Of a stretch of DNA of 64,000 bases, positions 1 to 8,278 are shown piece after piece. The notes beneath the pieces were generated by a model, which ran no database searches, was not told the origin of the DNA, and saw nothing but the letters and a program-made list of their open reading frames with translations. Position numbers and translations under genes: made by a program. Origin of the DNA: an uncultured Chloroflexia bacterium (GTDB lineage: Bacteria > Chloroflexota > Limnocylindria > QHBO01); NCBI GenBank assembly GCA_963777045.1, contig CAVZPD010000022.1:79591-143590 (forward strand), read 5' to 3'. How positions within the stretch are numbered: position 1 is the first letter of the stretch; every line of letters starts with the position of its first letter.

Positions 1-336
1 CAGGACCGATGTCGCCCGCGCCAGGTCGCGGCCGGAGTCGGCCACCAGCCGGTGCGACATCGAGATGCTGCTGCGCCCGATCCAATCGACCTGCGATCCG
101 ACCTGCACGGCGTCGGCCAGGAAGATCGGGGACTCGTAGTCGATCCTGATCATGCCCAGGATCAGCGGCATGCGGTTCAGCGGCCCCACCGGGTCAAGGT
201 GCAGCACGTCGCGCAGGTAGCTGACCCGCGCCAGCTCCACGTAGGTGGAGACGACCGCGTTGTTCACGTGGCCGAACGCATCGATGTCGCGGAAGCGCAC
301 CTGGACGGGCGTGCTGTGGCGGAAGTCATCGCTCAC
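1..336 (-). CDS. acyl-CoA thioesterase, 4HBT/YbgC-like hotdog fold (partial; C-terminus lies beyond window start)
   Basis: Minus-strand frame from GTG at 334-336 (in-frame stop just upstream) translates VSDDFRHSTPVQVRFRDIDAFGHVNNAVVSTYVELARVSYLRDVLHLDPVGPLNRMPLILGMIRIDYESPIFLADAVQVGSQVDW... The D.D..GHVNN signature is typical of 4-hydroxybenzoyl-CoA-thioesterase-family proteins. The ORF runs off position 1. Confidence 0.55.
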   Translation of the reverse strand, partial: MSDDFRHSTPVQVRFRDIDAFGHVNNAVVSTYVELARVSYLRDVLHLDPVGPLNRMPLILGMIRIDYESPIFLADAVQVGSQVDWIGRSSISMSHRLVADSGRDLARATSVL

Positions 337-385
337 GGAGCAACGATTCTACACGGGGCCCCCGCGCCCCCTGATCTCGCCGCGG

Positions 386-1546
386 TCAGGCGAGCGCTCG
401 CTCGGCAGATGCGATCAGCGCGGCGAGCAGCGTGATGCGCGGAACGACGCTCGACAGGTCCAGCCACTCGTCCGCAGAGTGATCATCGCCCCCGATCGGC
501 CCCAGCCCGTCGAGCGTCGGCAGGCCGGCCGCCGCGGTGGTGTTCGCGTCCGACGCCCCGCCGGTGGCGCAATCGCGCAGGTCGAAGGCGAGCTCGGCGG
601 CGAGGCCGCGCGCGAGGTCGGACAGCCGCGCCGTCGCCGCCGATTTCTCCATGGGCGGGTGCGCGGCCAGCCGCCTCAGCTCGACGTGGACGCCGTCGAC
701 GGCGGGAGCGTGCAGCAGCCGCTCGACCTCCGCCATTGCCGCATCGAATTCGTCGGCGGCTGCAGCGCGCAGGTCCAGCGTCACCCGGCACTCGGCGGCA
801 ACCACGTTCGGCCGCGTCCCGCCCTGGATCACGCCGGCGTTCAGGGTGACGCTGGGCCAGCGCCCGTTCAGGGCGTCGAGCGCCACCACCTGGCGTGCCG
901 CGGCCAGGATCGCCGACCGCCCCTTTTCGGGCTCCACGCCCGCGTGCGCGGCGCGGCCGGTGAAGGTCGCCTCCAGGTCGGCGATCCCCTTGCGGGCGCT
1001 GACGATGTCGCCGTTGGCCCGTGCGCACTCGAGCACGAGAGCGGCGTCGTGCTGCGGCACCATCTGGCGGATGTACGGCGTGCTGAACGGCGAGCCGATC
1101 TCCTCGTCGGGGTTGGCGACGAAGGTGACATCCGGCTGGATGCCGATCTCCTGCAGCGACGCCACCGCGTGCAGTCCGGCCAGAAGGCCGCCCTTCATGT
1201 CGCTCGTTCCCGGACCGAGCGCCCGTTCGCCCTCGACCCGGAAGGGCCGCTCGGCCACCGTCCCGGGCTCGAAGACCGTGTCCATGTGGCCGATCAGCAG
1301 CAGGCGTGGCCCGTCGCCCGGGAGGCGGCCGATGACGAGATCACCCACGGGCTGGGATGGCCCCGGAGAGCGGCGCTCGACGCTCGCTCCGAGCTCTGCC
1401 AGCGAGGCCGCCACCGCATCGGCGATTCGATTCACGCCATCGGGTGTGTGCGAGCCGCAGTCGACGTTGACGAGGGCTTCGAGCTCCGCCAGGTAGCGCG
1501 CGTATCGGGCACTGACGGCCCGTGGCAGGCCCGGCGGGATCGGCAT
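386..1546 (-). CDS. M20 family metallopeptidase (carboxypeptidase G2 / ArgE-DapE-like)
   Basis: 386-aa ORF with M20 metal-binding and catalytic motifs: IGHMDTV, GTSDMKGG, NPDEEIGS, and HAG in the dimerisation-domain region. Divergent from the CphA-like gene at 1570. Confidence 0.8.
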   Translation of the reverse strand: MPIPPGLPRAVSARYARYLAELEALVNVDCGSHTPDGVNRIADAVAASLAELGASVERRSPGPSQPVGDLVIGRLPGDGPRLLLIGHMDTVFEPGTVAERPFRVEGERALGPGTSDMKGGLLAGLHAVASLQEIGIQPDVTFVANPDEEIGSPFSTPYIRQMVPQHDAALVLECARANGDIVSARKGIADLEATFTGRAAHAGVEPEKGRSAILAAARQVVALDALNGRWPSVTLNAGVIQGGTRPNVVAAECRVTLDLRAAAADEFDAAMAEVERLLHAPAVDGVHVELRRLAAHPPMEKSAATARLSDLARGLAAELAFDLRDCATGGASDANTTAAAGLPTLDGLGPIGGDDHSADEWLDLSSVVPRITLLAALIASAERALA

Positions 1547-1569
1547 GGCGCGTGAGTATACTGCCGGCC

Positions 1570-3183
1570 ATGCCGCAGGACGGGCGCTCGGACGGCGACG
1601 TGGAGCTCCTCGAACTGCGCGTCCTCGACGGCCCCAACCGATTCTTCAGGCGGCCGGCGATCAAGCTCGAGTTCGGAGCCACGGAGCCCGGTCTCGCCGA
1701 CGAGACGAGCGTCGTTGCCGGCGAGGCGGTCGAGCGCCTCCACGCGCTCCTGGACCTGCCCGTTCCGCGCCTCGCGCGACGCGGATCGGCAGACGGCCGG
1801 CGCGCACTGGTGGCCTATCCCTGGCACCGGCGAACGATCTCCCAGGCCGTCGGGGCATCCGCCGCCCGGATCGCCGTTGGTGCCAGCAGCGAACGCCGCG
1901 AGCTGCGGGGCCTGCGGGCGATGGCGCTCGGTCCCCTGCCGAGCCTTCCGGTGGCGCGCGTCCCGATCGTGGCGATCACCGGAACCAACGGCAAGAGCAC
2001 GACCACCCGACTCCTGGCCCACATCGCCACCACGGCGGGCAGGCGGGTGGGGATGACGAACTCCGACGGGATCTTCGTGGATGGGAAGCTGGTGGAGGCG
2101 GGGGACTGGACGGGCTTCGGCGGCGCCGGCCGCGTCCTTGCCGAGGACGGGATCGACCTCGCCGTCCTGGAGACGGCGCGCGGCGGGATCCTGCTGCGCG
2201 GCATCGGCTACAGCGCCAACGAGGTCGCCATCGTCACCAACGTGAGCGCCGACCACCTGGGCCTGCAGGGCATCGACACGCTCGATGAGCTCGCCGAGGT
2301 GAAGGGCGCCATCGTCCGCATCACGCGGCGGAGCGGATGGGCGGTCCTCAACGCGGAGGACGAACGGGTCTGGGCGATGCGCCGCTGGACGAGGGCCGCC
2401 CGCTACGCGTTCAGCCTCTCGCCCGACGCCGACGGCGTACGCCAGGCGCTCGAATCGGGCGGTCGCGCCGCCGTCGTGAAGGACGGCTGGCTGACGCTGC
2501 TGCGCGGGTCCCGGCGTGCCCTGCGGCTGACTCCGCTGGTCGAGGTACCCGTCACCTTCGCCGGGCTATCGACCTACAACGTGGCGAATGCGCTGGCTGC
2601 CGCTGCGGGGGCCGACGCCCTGGGCATTCGTCCGGCGCGCATCCGGCAGGGACTGCGCACCTTCACCCAGGACAGCGTCGTCAACCCGGGCAGGATGAAC
2701 CTCTTCGAGCGGAAGGGCCTGCTGGTGCTGGTTGACTTCGCCCACAACGAGGCGGGCCTGCGCGGGCTGCTGGAGGTCTGTCGCGGGCTGGCCGGCGATC
2801 GCGGGCGGGTGCGGCTTGCGCTCGGCACGGCCGGCGACAGGTCCGATGAGGTTCTGCGCAGCCTCGGCCGGCTGGCCGGCCAGGGCGCCGATGACATCGT
2901 GATCTGCGAGAAGCGTCACTACCTGCGGGGGCGGGACCTGGAGGCGATGAACAGGATCTTTCGCGACGGTGCCGCCGATGGGGGCTACCGCGACGAGATG
3001 GCTGCCCACCCCAGCGAGCTGGCCTCGCTGGAGGCGCTGCTCTCGCGCTCACGACCTGGGGACGTCGTGGCGGTCATGTCGCACGTCGAACGCAGCGAGA
3101 TCTTTTCCTGGCTCGGGGAGCAGGGGTTCGCCGCGGTCGGACCCGACCAGCTGCGCGAGCTCGTGGTGGCCGCGGGCAGCTAG
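1570..3183 (+). CDS. cyanophycin synthetase-like protein: CphA N domain fused directly to Mur-ligase-like M domain, no ATP-grasp domain
   Basis: Track ORF 1522..3183 starts at GTG and overlaps the divergent M20 start; ATG at 1570 (MPQDGRSDGDVELLELRVLDGPNRFF...) is the likelier start. The N-terminal ~130 aa align to the CphA N domain (LRVLDGPNRFFRRPAIKLE versus LRGPNYW.IRR.KLI in cyanobacterial CphA). The Mur-ligase P-loop VPIVAITGTNGKSTTTRLLAHI and the GDHLGLQGIDTLDELAEVK segment follow immediately. Paralogous to the C-terminal half of full-length cphA at 3180..6020, which has TGTNGKTTTARMIAHV and NVTGDHLGLGGITSL. There is no room for the ~320-aa ATP-grasp domain. Confidence 0.8.
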   Translation: MPQDGRSDGDVELLELRVLDGPNRFFRRPAIKLEFGATEPGLADETSVVAGEAVERLHALLDLPVPRLARRGSADGRRALVAYPWHRRTISQAVGASAARIAVGASSERRELRGLRAMALGPLPSLPVARVPIVAITGTNGKSTTTRLLAHIATTAGRRVGMTNSDGIFVDGKLVEAGDWTGFGGAGRVLAEDGIDLAVLETARGGILLRGIGYSANEVAIVTNVSADHLGLQGIDTLDELAEVKGAIVRITRRSGWAVLNAEDERVWAMRRWTRAARYAFSLSPDADGVRQALESGGRAAVVKDGWLTLLRGSRRALRLTPLVEVPVTFAGLSTYNVANALAAAAGADALGIRPARIRQGLRTFTQDSVVNPGRMNLFERKGLLVLVDFAHNEAGLRGLLEVCRGLAGDRGRVRLALGTAGDRSDEVLRSLGRLAGQGADDIVICEKRHYLRGRDLEAMNRIFRDGAADGGYRDEMAAHPSELASLEALLSRSRPGDVVAVMSHVERSEIFSWLGEQGFAAVGPDQLRELVVAAGS

Positions 3184-6020
3184 AGCTCGACCTCCGACTC
3201 GCCGATGCCGGTCACCGCTCGGAACCCCGGCGTGCCGGCGCTCGATCCGCCGTGCTGTCGATGCTGGAGCTCCTTCCAGACGTCGTTGGCGTGGTCGACG
3301 CAGACCACCACGATGTCGCCCTCCGACCCCATGTCCAGTGCCCGGCGGGTCGCCTCGAGCTCGTCGAGGATGGTCGTGATCTCTGCACAGCGCGCCCCAT
3401 CGCTCATCGCCTCGCGCCCACCCCGCTCGATCAGCGCGGCCGTCTCACCGGGCGCGCGACCGCGGTTGTTGGCGTCCTCGCGGACGATCATCGTGTCGAA
3501 GTAGCGGGCAGCCGTCCGGCCGAGCTCCACGATGTCCTCGTCCCGGCGGTCGCCCGCGGTGGCGATGACGCCGATGCGCCGGCCCGTCACCAGCGGCCGG
3601 CTGCCGCCGGGCGACGGCTTCGCCATCGAGTCCACGAACTCGCCCAGCGCCGCGACCGCGGGGGGATTGTGGGCGTAGTCGACGACGACGCGGTAGCCGT
3701 CCAGCTCGAACACGTTCAGGCGCCCGGGCGCCATGAAGTAGCTGGTCGTGAAGGTCCGCAGTCCCTGGCGGATGTCGTGCAGGTGGGAGCCAGCGGCCCA
3801 TGCCGCCGCCGTCGCCGCCAGTGCGTTCTGCACGTTCATGCGCGCCCTGCCCTCGAAGGTGGCCGGCAGGAGGTGCGTCCAGACCAGTGGCATCGACTTG
3901 CGGCCCTGGCGCAGGACGATCATCTCCCCGTTCCGACCGGGTTCCAGGGTGACGGCACGCCGGCCGCGCGACGCCTGGCGCCGCACCAGCTCGTTCTCGG
4001 CGTTCATGCTGAAGTAGATCACCGACCCGGAGCAGTGGCGCCCCATGGGCGCAACCAGCGGGTCGTCGGCGTTGAGCACCGCCACGCCGTCGCGCGGTAC
4101 GGCCTCCACCACGACCTGCTTCACGGCGGCGAGCTGCCGAAGGGAGGTGATGCCACCCAGCCCAAGGTGGTCGCCGGTCACGTTGAGGACGACCGCCACG
4201 TCGTTGCGCTGGTAGCCGAGGCCCTCGCGCAGGATGCCGCCGCGGGCCACCTCGAAGACCGCGAAGTCCACGTTCGGGTTCTGCAGCACGGTCGAGGCGG
4301 AGCGCGGCCCGGACATGTCGCCGCGTCGCACCGGCCGACCGTCAACGAAGATGCCGTCTGTCGAGGTCATGCCCACCTTGCGGCCCATGCCCTTCATGAC
4401 GTGGGCGATCATGCGTGCCGTCGTCGTCTTGCCGTTCGTGCCGGTGACCGCAACGATTGGAATCCGCGACGGCGAACCGGGCGGGAAGAGCATGTCGATG
4501 ACGGGCTTGGCCACGTACTGGGCCTCGCCCTCGGTGGGGTGGGTGTGCATCCGGAACCCGGGCGCCGCGTTGACCTCGACGATCCCGCCCCCGGTCTCCC
4601 GCACCGGGACGCTGATGTCCGGACAGACGAAGTCGATGCCGGCAATGTCGAGGCCGACCACGCGCGCCGCCAGCTCGGCGATCTCGGCGTTGTCGGGGTG
4701 GATCTCCTCGGTGCGGTCGATGCTGATCCCGCCGGTGCTCATGTTGCCCGTGCGCTTGAGGAAGACGCGCACGCCGCGCGGCGGGACGTCGCTCAGCTCG
4801 AATCCCTGCTCACGGGCGTAGGAGATCGATTCCTCGTCGACCTTGATCCGGGTGAGCACCTTCTCGTGGCCGATGCCGCGGCGCGGGTCGAGGTTCGTCT
4901 GCTCCACCAGTTGGGTCAGGGCGTGCTCCCCGTCCCCGACGACGTGCGCCGGCACCCGCTGCGCCACCGCGCGCAGCGTGCCGCCGATGACGAGGCAGCG
5001 GTAGTCGTTGCCGGCCAGGAACGTCTCGACCACCACGCCGCCGCGACGCGATTCGGAACGGGCGTGCGCGTAGCCGGCTCGCACGGCACCTTCGTCGGCG
5101 AGGTTCAGCATGACGCCACGCCCGTGGTTGCCGTCCAGGGGCTTGACCGCCACCGGGAAGCCGATGCTGATTGCCGCCGTGACCGCTTCGTCCTCGCTGC
5201 CCACAACCTCGGCGCGAGGGACCGGGGCGCCGGCGCCGCCCAGCAGCTTGTTCGTCAGCTTCTTGTCCGACGCGATGTCGACGCCGAGCGAGCCGGTCTG
5301 GCTGGTCATGGTGGCGCGGATACGGCGCTGGTGAACGCCGTGGCCGAGCTGCACCAGCGACTGCTCGTTGAGGCGGATCCAGGGAATGTCGCGCAGCGCG
5401 GCCTCGTCCAGGATCGACTGCGTCGATGGCCCGAATGCGGCGCGCTCGGCGAGCAGGACGAGCCGCTCGAACTCGGCGACGAAGTCGAAGTCCGGATCGG
5501 GCTCGACCAGGTGGTTGATCGTGCGCACGGCAAGTCGTCCGGCTGCGACGCCGACCGATTCCTCGGCGTACGAGTAGACGACGTGGTAGCGGCCCGGCTC
5601 GCCCGTGCTGCGCGTCTTGCCACGACCCACTTCGGTGCCGGCGTCCCGCTGCAGCTGCAGGGCGATGTGCTCGGCCACGTGCCCGGCCCACGTACCCTCC
5701 CGCAACCGCTGCTCGAAGCCCCCTACCTTGCCCGTGGAGCAGGAGTGCTGTCCGATGCCGGGGAGCATGTCGAGCAGCCCGTCCACGAAGCCCGGAATCG
5801 TGTTGGAGGGGAAGTCCTCGAGCACGCCAAGGTCGACGATGAGCTTGATCGCCGGCTCGTAGTTCCAGTAGTTCGGGCCGCGATAGACGCGCGTCTCGAG
5901 GATGCGCAGGGTCGCCGCCGGCGTGGAGCGCGCGCGCCGCGCCTTCCCGGCCTCGGCCTTGGCGACCGATGCACGCGAGATCGGCTTGGGCGCCTTCGGT
6001 CGCGTCCGGCCCGACGTCAC
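3180..6020 (-). CDS. cphA: cyanophycin synthetase CphA (N + ATP-grasp G + Mur-ligase-like M domains)
   Basis: 946-aa ORF with an N domain (LRILETRVYRGPNYWNYEPAIKLIVDL) and an ATP-grasp segment (FPVAVKPLDGNHGRGVMLNL, GGIVEVNAAPGFRMHT). A Mur-ligase P-loop (IVAVTGTNGKTTTARMIAHV), DHLGLGG, and the YAHNPPAVAALGEF C-terminal domain follow. The ATG at 6018-6020 overlaps the cphB stop (ATGA coupling). There is a basic AKP-rich N-terminal extension of ~35 aa. Confidence 0.92.
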   Translation of the reverse strand: MTSGRTRPKAPKPISRASVAKAEAGKARRARSTPAATLRILETRVYRGPNYWNYEPAIKLIVDLGVLEDFPSNTIPGFVDGLLDMLPGIGQHSCSTGKVGGFEQRLREGTWAGHVAEHIALQLQRDAGTEVGRGKTRSTGEPGRYHVVYSYAEESVGVAAGRLAVRTINHLVEPDPDFDFVAEFERLVLLAERAAFGPSTQSILDEAALRDIPWIRLNEQSLVQLGHGVHQRRIRATMTSQTGSLGVDIASDKKLTNKLLGGAGAPVPRAEVVGSEDEAVTAAISIGFPVAVKPLDGNHGRGVMLNLADEGAVRAGYAHARSESRRGGVVVETFLAGNDYRCLVIGGTLRAVAQRVPAHVVGDGEHALTQLVEQTNLDPRRGIGHEKVLTRIKVDEESISYAREQGFELSDVPPRGVRVFLKRTGNMSTGGISIDRTEEIHPDNAEIAELAARVVGLDIAGIDFVCPDISVPVRETGGGIVEVNAAPGFRMHTHPTEGEAQYVAKPVIDMLFPPGSPSRIPIVAVTGTNGKTTTARMIAHVMKGMGRKVGMTSTDGIFVDGRPVRRGDMSGPRSASTVLQNPNVDFAVFEVARGGILREGLGYQRNDVAVVLNVTGDHLGLGGITSLRQLAAVKQVVVEAVPRDGVAVLNADDPLVAPMGRHCSGSVIYFSMNAENELVRRQASRGRRAVTLEPGRNGEMIVLRQGRKSMPLVWTHLLPATFEGRARMNVQNALAATAAAWAAGSHLHDIRQGLRTFTTSYFMAPGRLNVFELDGYRVVVDYAHNPPAVAALGEFVDSMAKPSPGGSRPLVTGRRIGVIATAGDRRDEDIVELGRTAARYFDTMIVREDANNRGRAPGETAALIERGGREAMSDGARCAEITTILDELEATRRALDMGSEGDIVVVCVDHANDVWKELQHRQHGGSSAGTPGFRAVTGIGESEVEL

Positions 6021-7009
6021 TCGCTCGCCTCCTCTTCCTTGCGACGGGCGTACAGCTCCCGGCGCCGTGCGCGTTCGGGGGCCGTGTCGTCCGCGCCCTC
6101 GGCGGCGATGCGGCGGATCAGCCGTCGCGTGACCGCTCCGGCGCGCTCCAGCTGGGCGAGCTCGCGCTCGCTGGCCGAAACGGGGCGCAGCGGTGCCAGC
6201 AGGCGACGCTTGCGCAGGTCGAATCGGTAGCCCGAGGGGAGGGAGTGGAGGATGACCCCGCTGATCATCATCGGCCGGTGGCGCTTGACCTCGTAGGCGT
6301 CCGTCTGGATCCGGGCCGGGTCCAGGATCATGACCGACCCCTTGCCGATGACCTCAACGACATGCGCCGGTGAGACGAGGGCGGCGGTGTCCTCGTCGAT
6401 GCCGATCCCCAGCAGGGCGGGCGACTGGGCCACCAGCGCGAGCAGCCGTCCAAGGCGGTTGCGCTGCTCGAAGTGCTGGTCGATGATCACGCCCGGCAGG
6501 AGCCCCAGTCCGGCGCTCATCTGCGTCATGCGCTGCTTTGGGGTCGGGCCGCTGGTGCCGAACGCCACCATATGGCTGCTGATGGCCGAGGCGCCCGCGC
6601 TGGTGCCCGCCACGATGCAGCCGCGCCGGTGTCGTTCCACGATGGCACGCCCAAGCGCCGTGCCCCCGATCACGCTCGAGAGGCGCAGCTGGTTACCGCC
6701 GGTCATGAAGATCCCCGTCACGTCGTCGAGGGCATCGGACACCTCTCCGTTGTTGGCCTCCTCACGGGTCAGCGGGCGGAGGCCGCGGACGTCGGGAACG
6801 CCCATCTGGTGGAAGAGCGACTGGTAGAGATTGGTGGCCTCGTCGCCGAGCGAGGACGCCGTCGAGATCACCGCGACCCGCGCGTCGCCGCCGCCGGCGA
6901 GCGTGACGAAGCGGGAGAGGATCTGCCGCTGACGCAGCTTGTCCTCCGCGCCTCCGATGATCAGCAGGTGCCCGGCTCGGGCACGGCCGGGGCGAGATTG
7001 GGCGGCCAT
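6017..7009 (-). CDS. cphB: cyanophycinase (peptidase S51) CphB
   Basis: The track ORF 6017..8245 (742 aa) is a spurious 5' extension. The cyanophycinase domain starts at M413 of that ORF (MAAQSRPGRARAGHLLIIGGAEDK...), giving a start at 7009. S51 motifs are present: GGAEDK, FMTGGNQ, IVAGTSAGASAISSHMVAFG and GLGLLPGVIIDQHF. The upstream extension overlaps the J-domain gene on the opposite strand. Confidence 0.85.
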   Translation of the reverse strand: MAAQSRPGRARAGHLLIIGGAEDKLRQRQILSRFVTLAGGGDARVAVISTASSLGDEATNLYQSLFHQMGVPDVRGLRPLTREEANNGEVSDALDDVTGIFMTGGNQLRLSSVIGGTALGRAIVERHRRGCIVAGTSAGASAISSHMVAFGTSGPTPKQRMTQMSAGLGLLPGVIIDQHFEQRNRLGRLLALVAQSPALLGIGIDEDTAALVSPAHVVEVIGKGSVMILDPARIQTDAYEVKRHRPMMISGVILHSLPSGYRFDLRKRRLLAPLRPVSASERELAQLERAGAVTRRLIRRIAAEGADDTAPERARRRELYARRKEEEASE

Positions 7010-7075
7010 GTGTCCGGCAGCATACCCAATGGCGGTGGCGAGGCGAACGTGGAGCGGTCGTCGTATGCTCAGCGG

Positions 7076-8278
7076 ATGGTCAGCGGATCCGTGGGCGACG
7101 AGGGTCGGGACATCCAGCTCGAGCAGCGCGACTTCTACGCGGTGCTGGGCGCCGAGCCGTCCGCGACCGTCGACGAGCTGCGGAGCGCCTTCCGCGAGGC
7201 GGTCCTGAGGCACCACCCCGATCGCAGCGCCGCGGGTGGCCTCGCCACGCGGCGGACCTCGATCCTCAACCGCGCCTGGGCGGAGCTCCGCGACCCGCTG
7301 CGGCGGCTGCACTACGACCACGCGCTCGAACGTGGGCAGGCCGAGACGCTCTCCTGGCCGCTGGAGCCCGACGAGCCGTCGCGCGCGCGCGCCCGGCCGC
7401 GACGGATCCGGCCCGATCGGCCGAGCCGCTGGCACCAGCCGCAGTGGCGCAACGTGGCCGGCTTCCGCGTCCCGGCCGACGTCTTCATGGCAGGCCCCGT
7501 GCAGCAAAGGGCGTGGATCGTGGAGCACCACATCGCCGGCGAGGACTGGCGCGAGCACTCCGAGCACTACTGGCTGCGCTACGCGGCCGGGTACTACCGC
7601 GAACGTGGCCGTTACGACGACTGGCTGGGAACGCTCGAGCGCCTGATCCGCCTCGACGGCGGCTACGAGACGCTCGTACGTGCCGCCATGCGGCAGGCGT
7701 ACGTCTTTACCGGGTCGTACCTGCGCGGCGTCGGCTTCCTGCGCGAGATGGCACAGCGCTACATGCCCGAGAGTCCTCCGCGTCGCTGGGTCGACCGCGA
7801 GCTGCGCGCCCTGCTCGCCGAATTCCGCGACCAGCGGGTGCGACGTGGCCGGCCCGATGATCGGGCAGAGGCGGCCGAGCTGCTGCTGAACTTCCTCGAG
7901 GCGCTCGGTCTGGAGGCCAGCTTTCCGGACGTCCGGGCCGCGATCTCCGCCCACCGTCGTGCCGGCCACCCCGGCCGCGCCGCAGAGCTGGTCGAACGGG
8001 TCAGTCGTGAGCCGGTGCGCGATGCCGCGCGCTGGTTCAGCCTGGTGCAGCTGCTGACCGAGGCGGGGCAGCTCGACCGTGCCTCCGAGCTCCTGGCGGC
8101 CATCGCGCGCGGGGACCACCCGGAGGCGCTCGATCGGCGGCGTCTCGCGGGTGACCCGATCCGCCGCATTGGAGCCGCGCGGCAGCGGCTCGCACGGGCG
8201 CGCCTCCGGCAGCAGCGCGAGCGGCGCCTGCGGGACGGCAAGCAAGAGATGGCCGCGGTCGGGGCCGCTGCGTCGTGA
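7076..8278 (+). CDS. J-domain (DnaJ-like) protein with helical C-terminal region
   Basis: J domain with an HPD motif: DFYAVLGAEPSATVDELRSAFREAVLRHHPDRSAAGG...LNRAWAELRDPLRRLHYD. The first in-frame ATG giving a sensible N-terminus is at 7076 (M202 of track ORF 6473..8278); the earlier part is an Arg-rich overlap antisense to cphB. The C-terminal ~300 aa are Leu/Arg/Ala-rich and helical (TPR-like). Confidence 0.7.
   Translation: MVSGSVGDEGRDIQLEQRDFYAVLGAEPSATVDELRSAFREAVLRHHPDRSAAGGLATRRTSILNRAWAELRDPLRRLHYDHALERGQAETLSWPLEPDEPSRARARPRRIRPDRPSRWHQPQWRNVAGFRVPADVFMAGPVQQRAWIVEHHIAGEDWREHSEHYWLRYAAGYYRERGRYDDWLGTLERLIRLDGGYETLVRAAMRQAYVFTGSYLRGVGFLREMAQRYMPESPPRRWVDRELRALLAEFRDQRVRRGRPDDRAEAAELLLNFLEALGLEASFPDVRAAISAHRRAGHPGRAAELVERVSREPVRDAARWFSLVQLLTEAGQLDRASELLAAIARGDHPEALDRRRLAGDPIRRIGAARQRLARARLRQQRERRLRDGKQEMAAVGAAAS

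Noticed and set aside
3252-6230. 992-aa plus-strand ORF
   Set aside because: Antisense to cphA. Translation is Arg/Ala/Gly/Pro-rich low-complexity with no motifs. A typical high-GC shadow ORF.
6017-8245. 742-aa version of the cyanophycinase ORF
   Set aside because: Only the C-terminal 330 aa are peptidase S51. The upstream 412 aa are low-complexity and overlap the well-supported J-domain gene on the opposite strand. Start reassigned to 7009.
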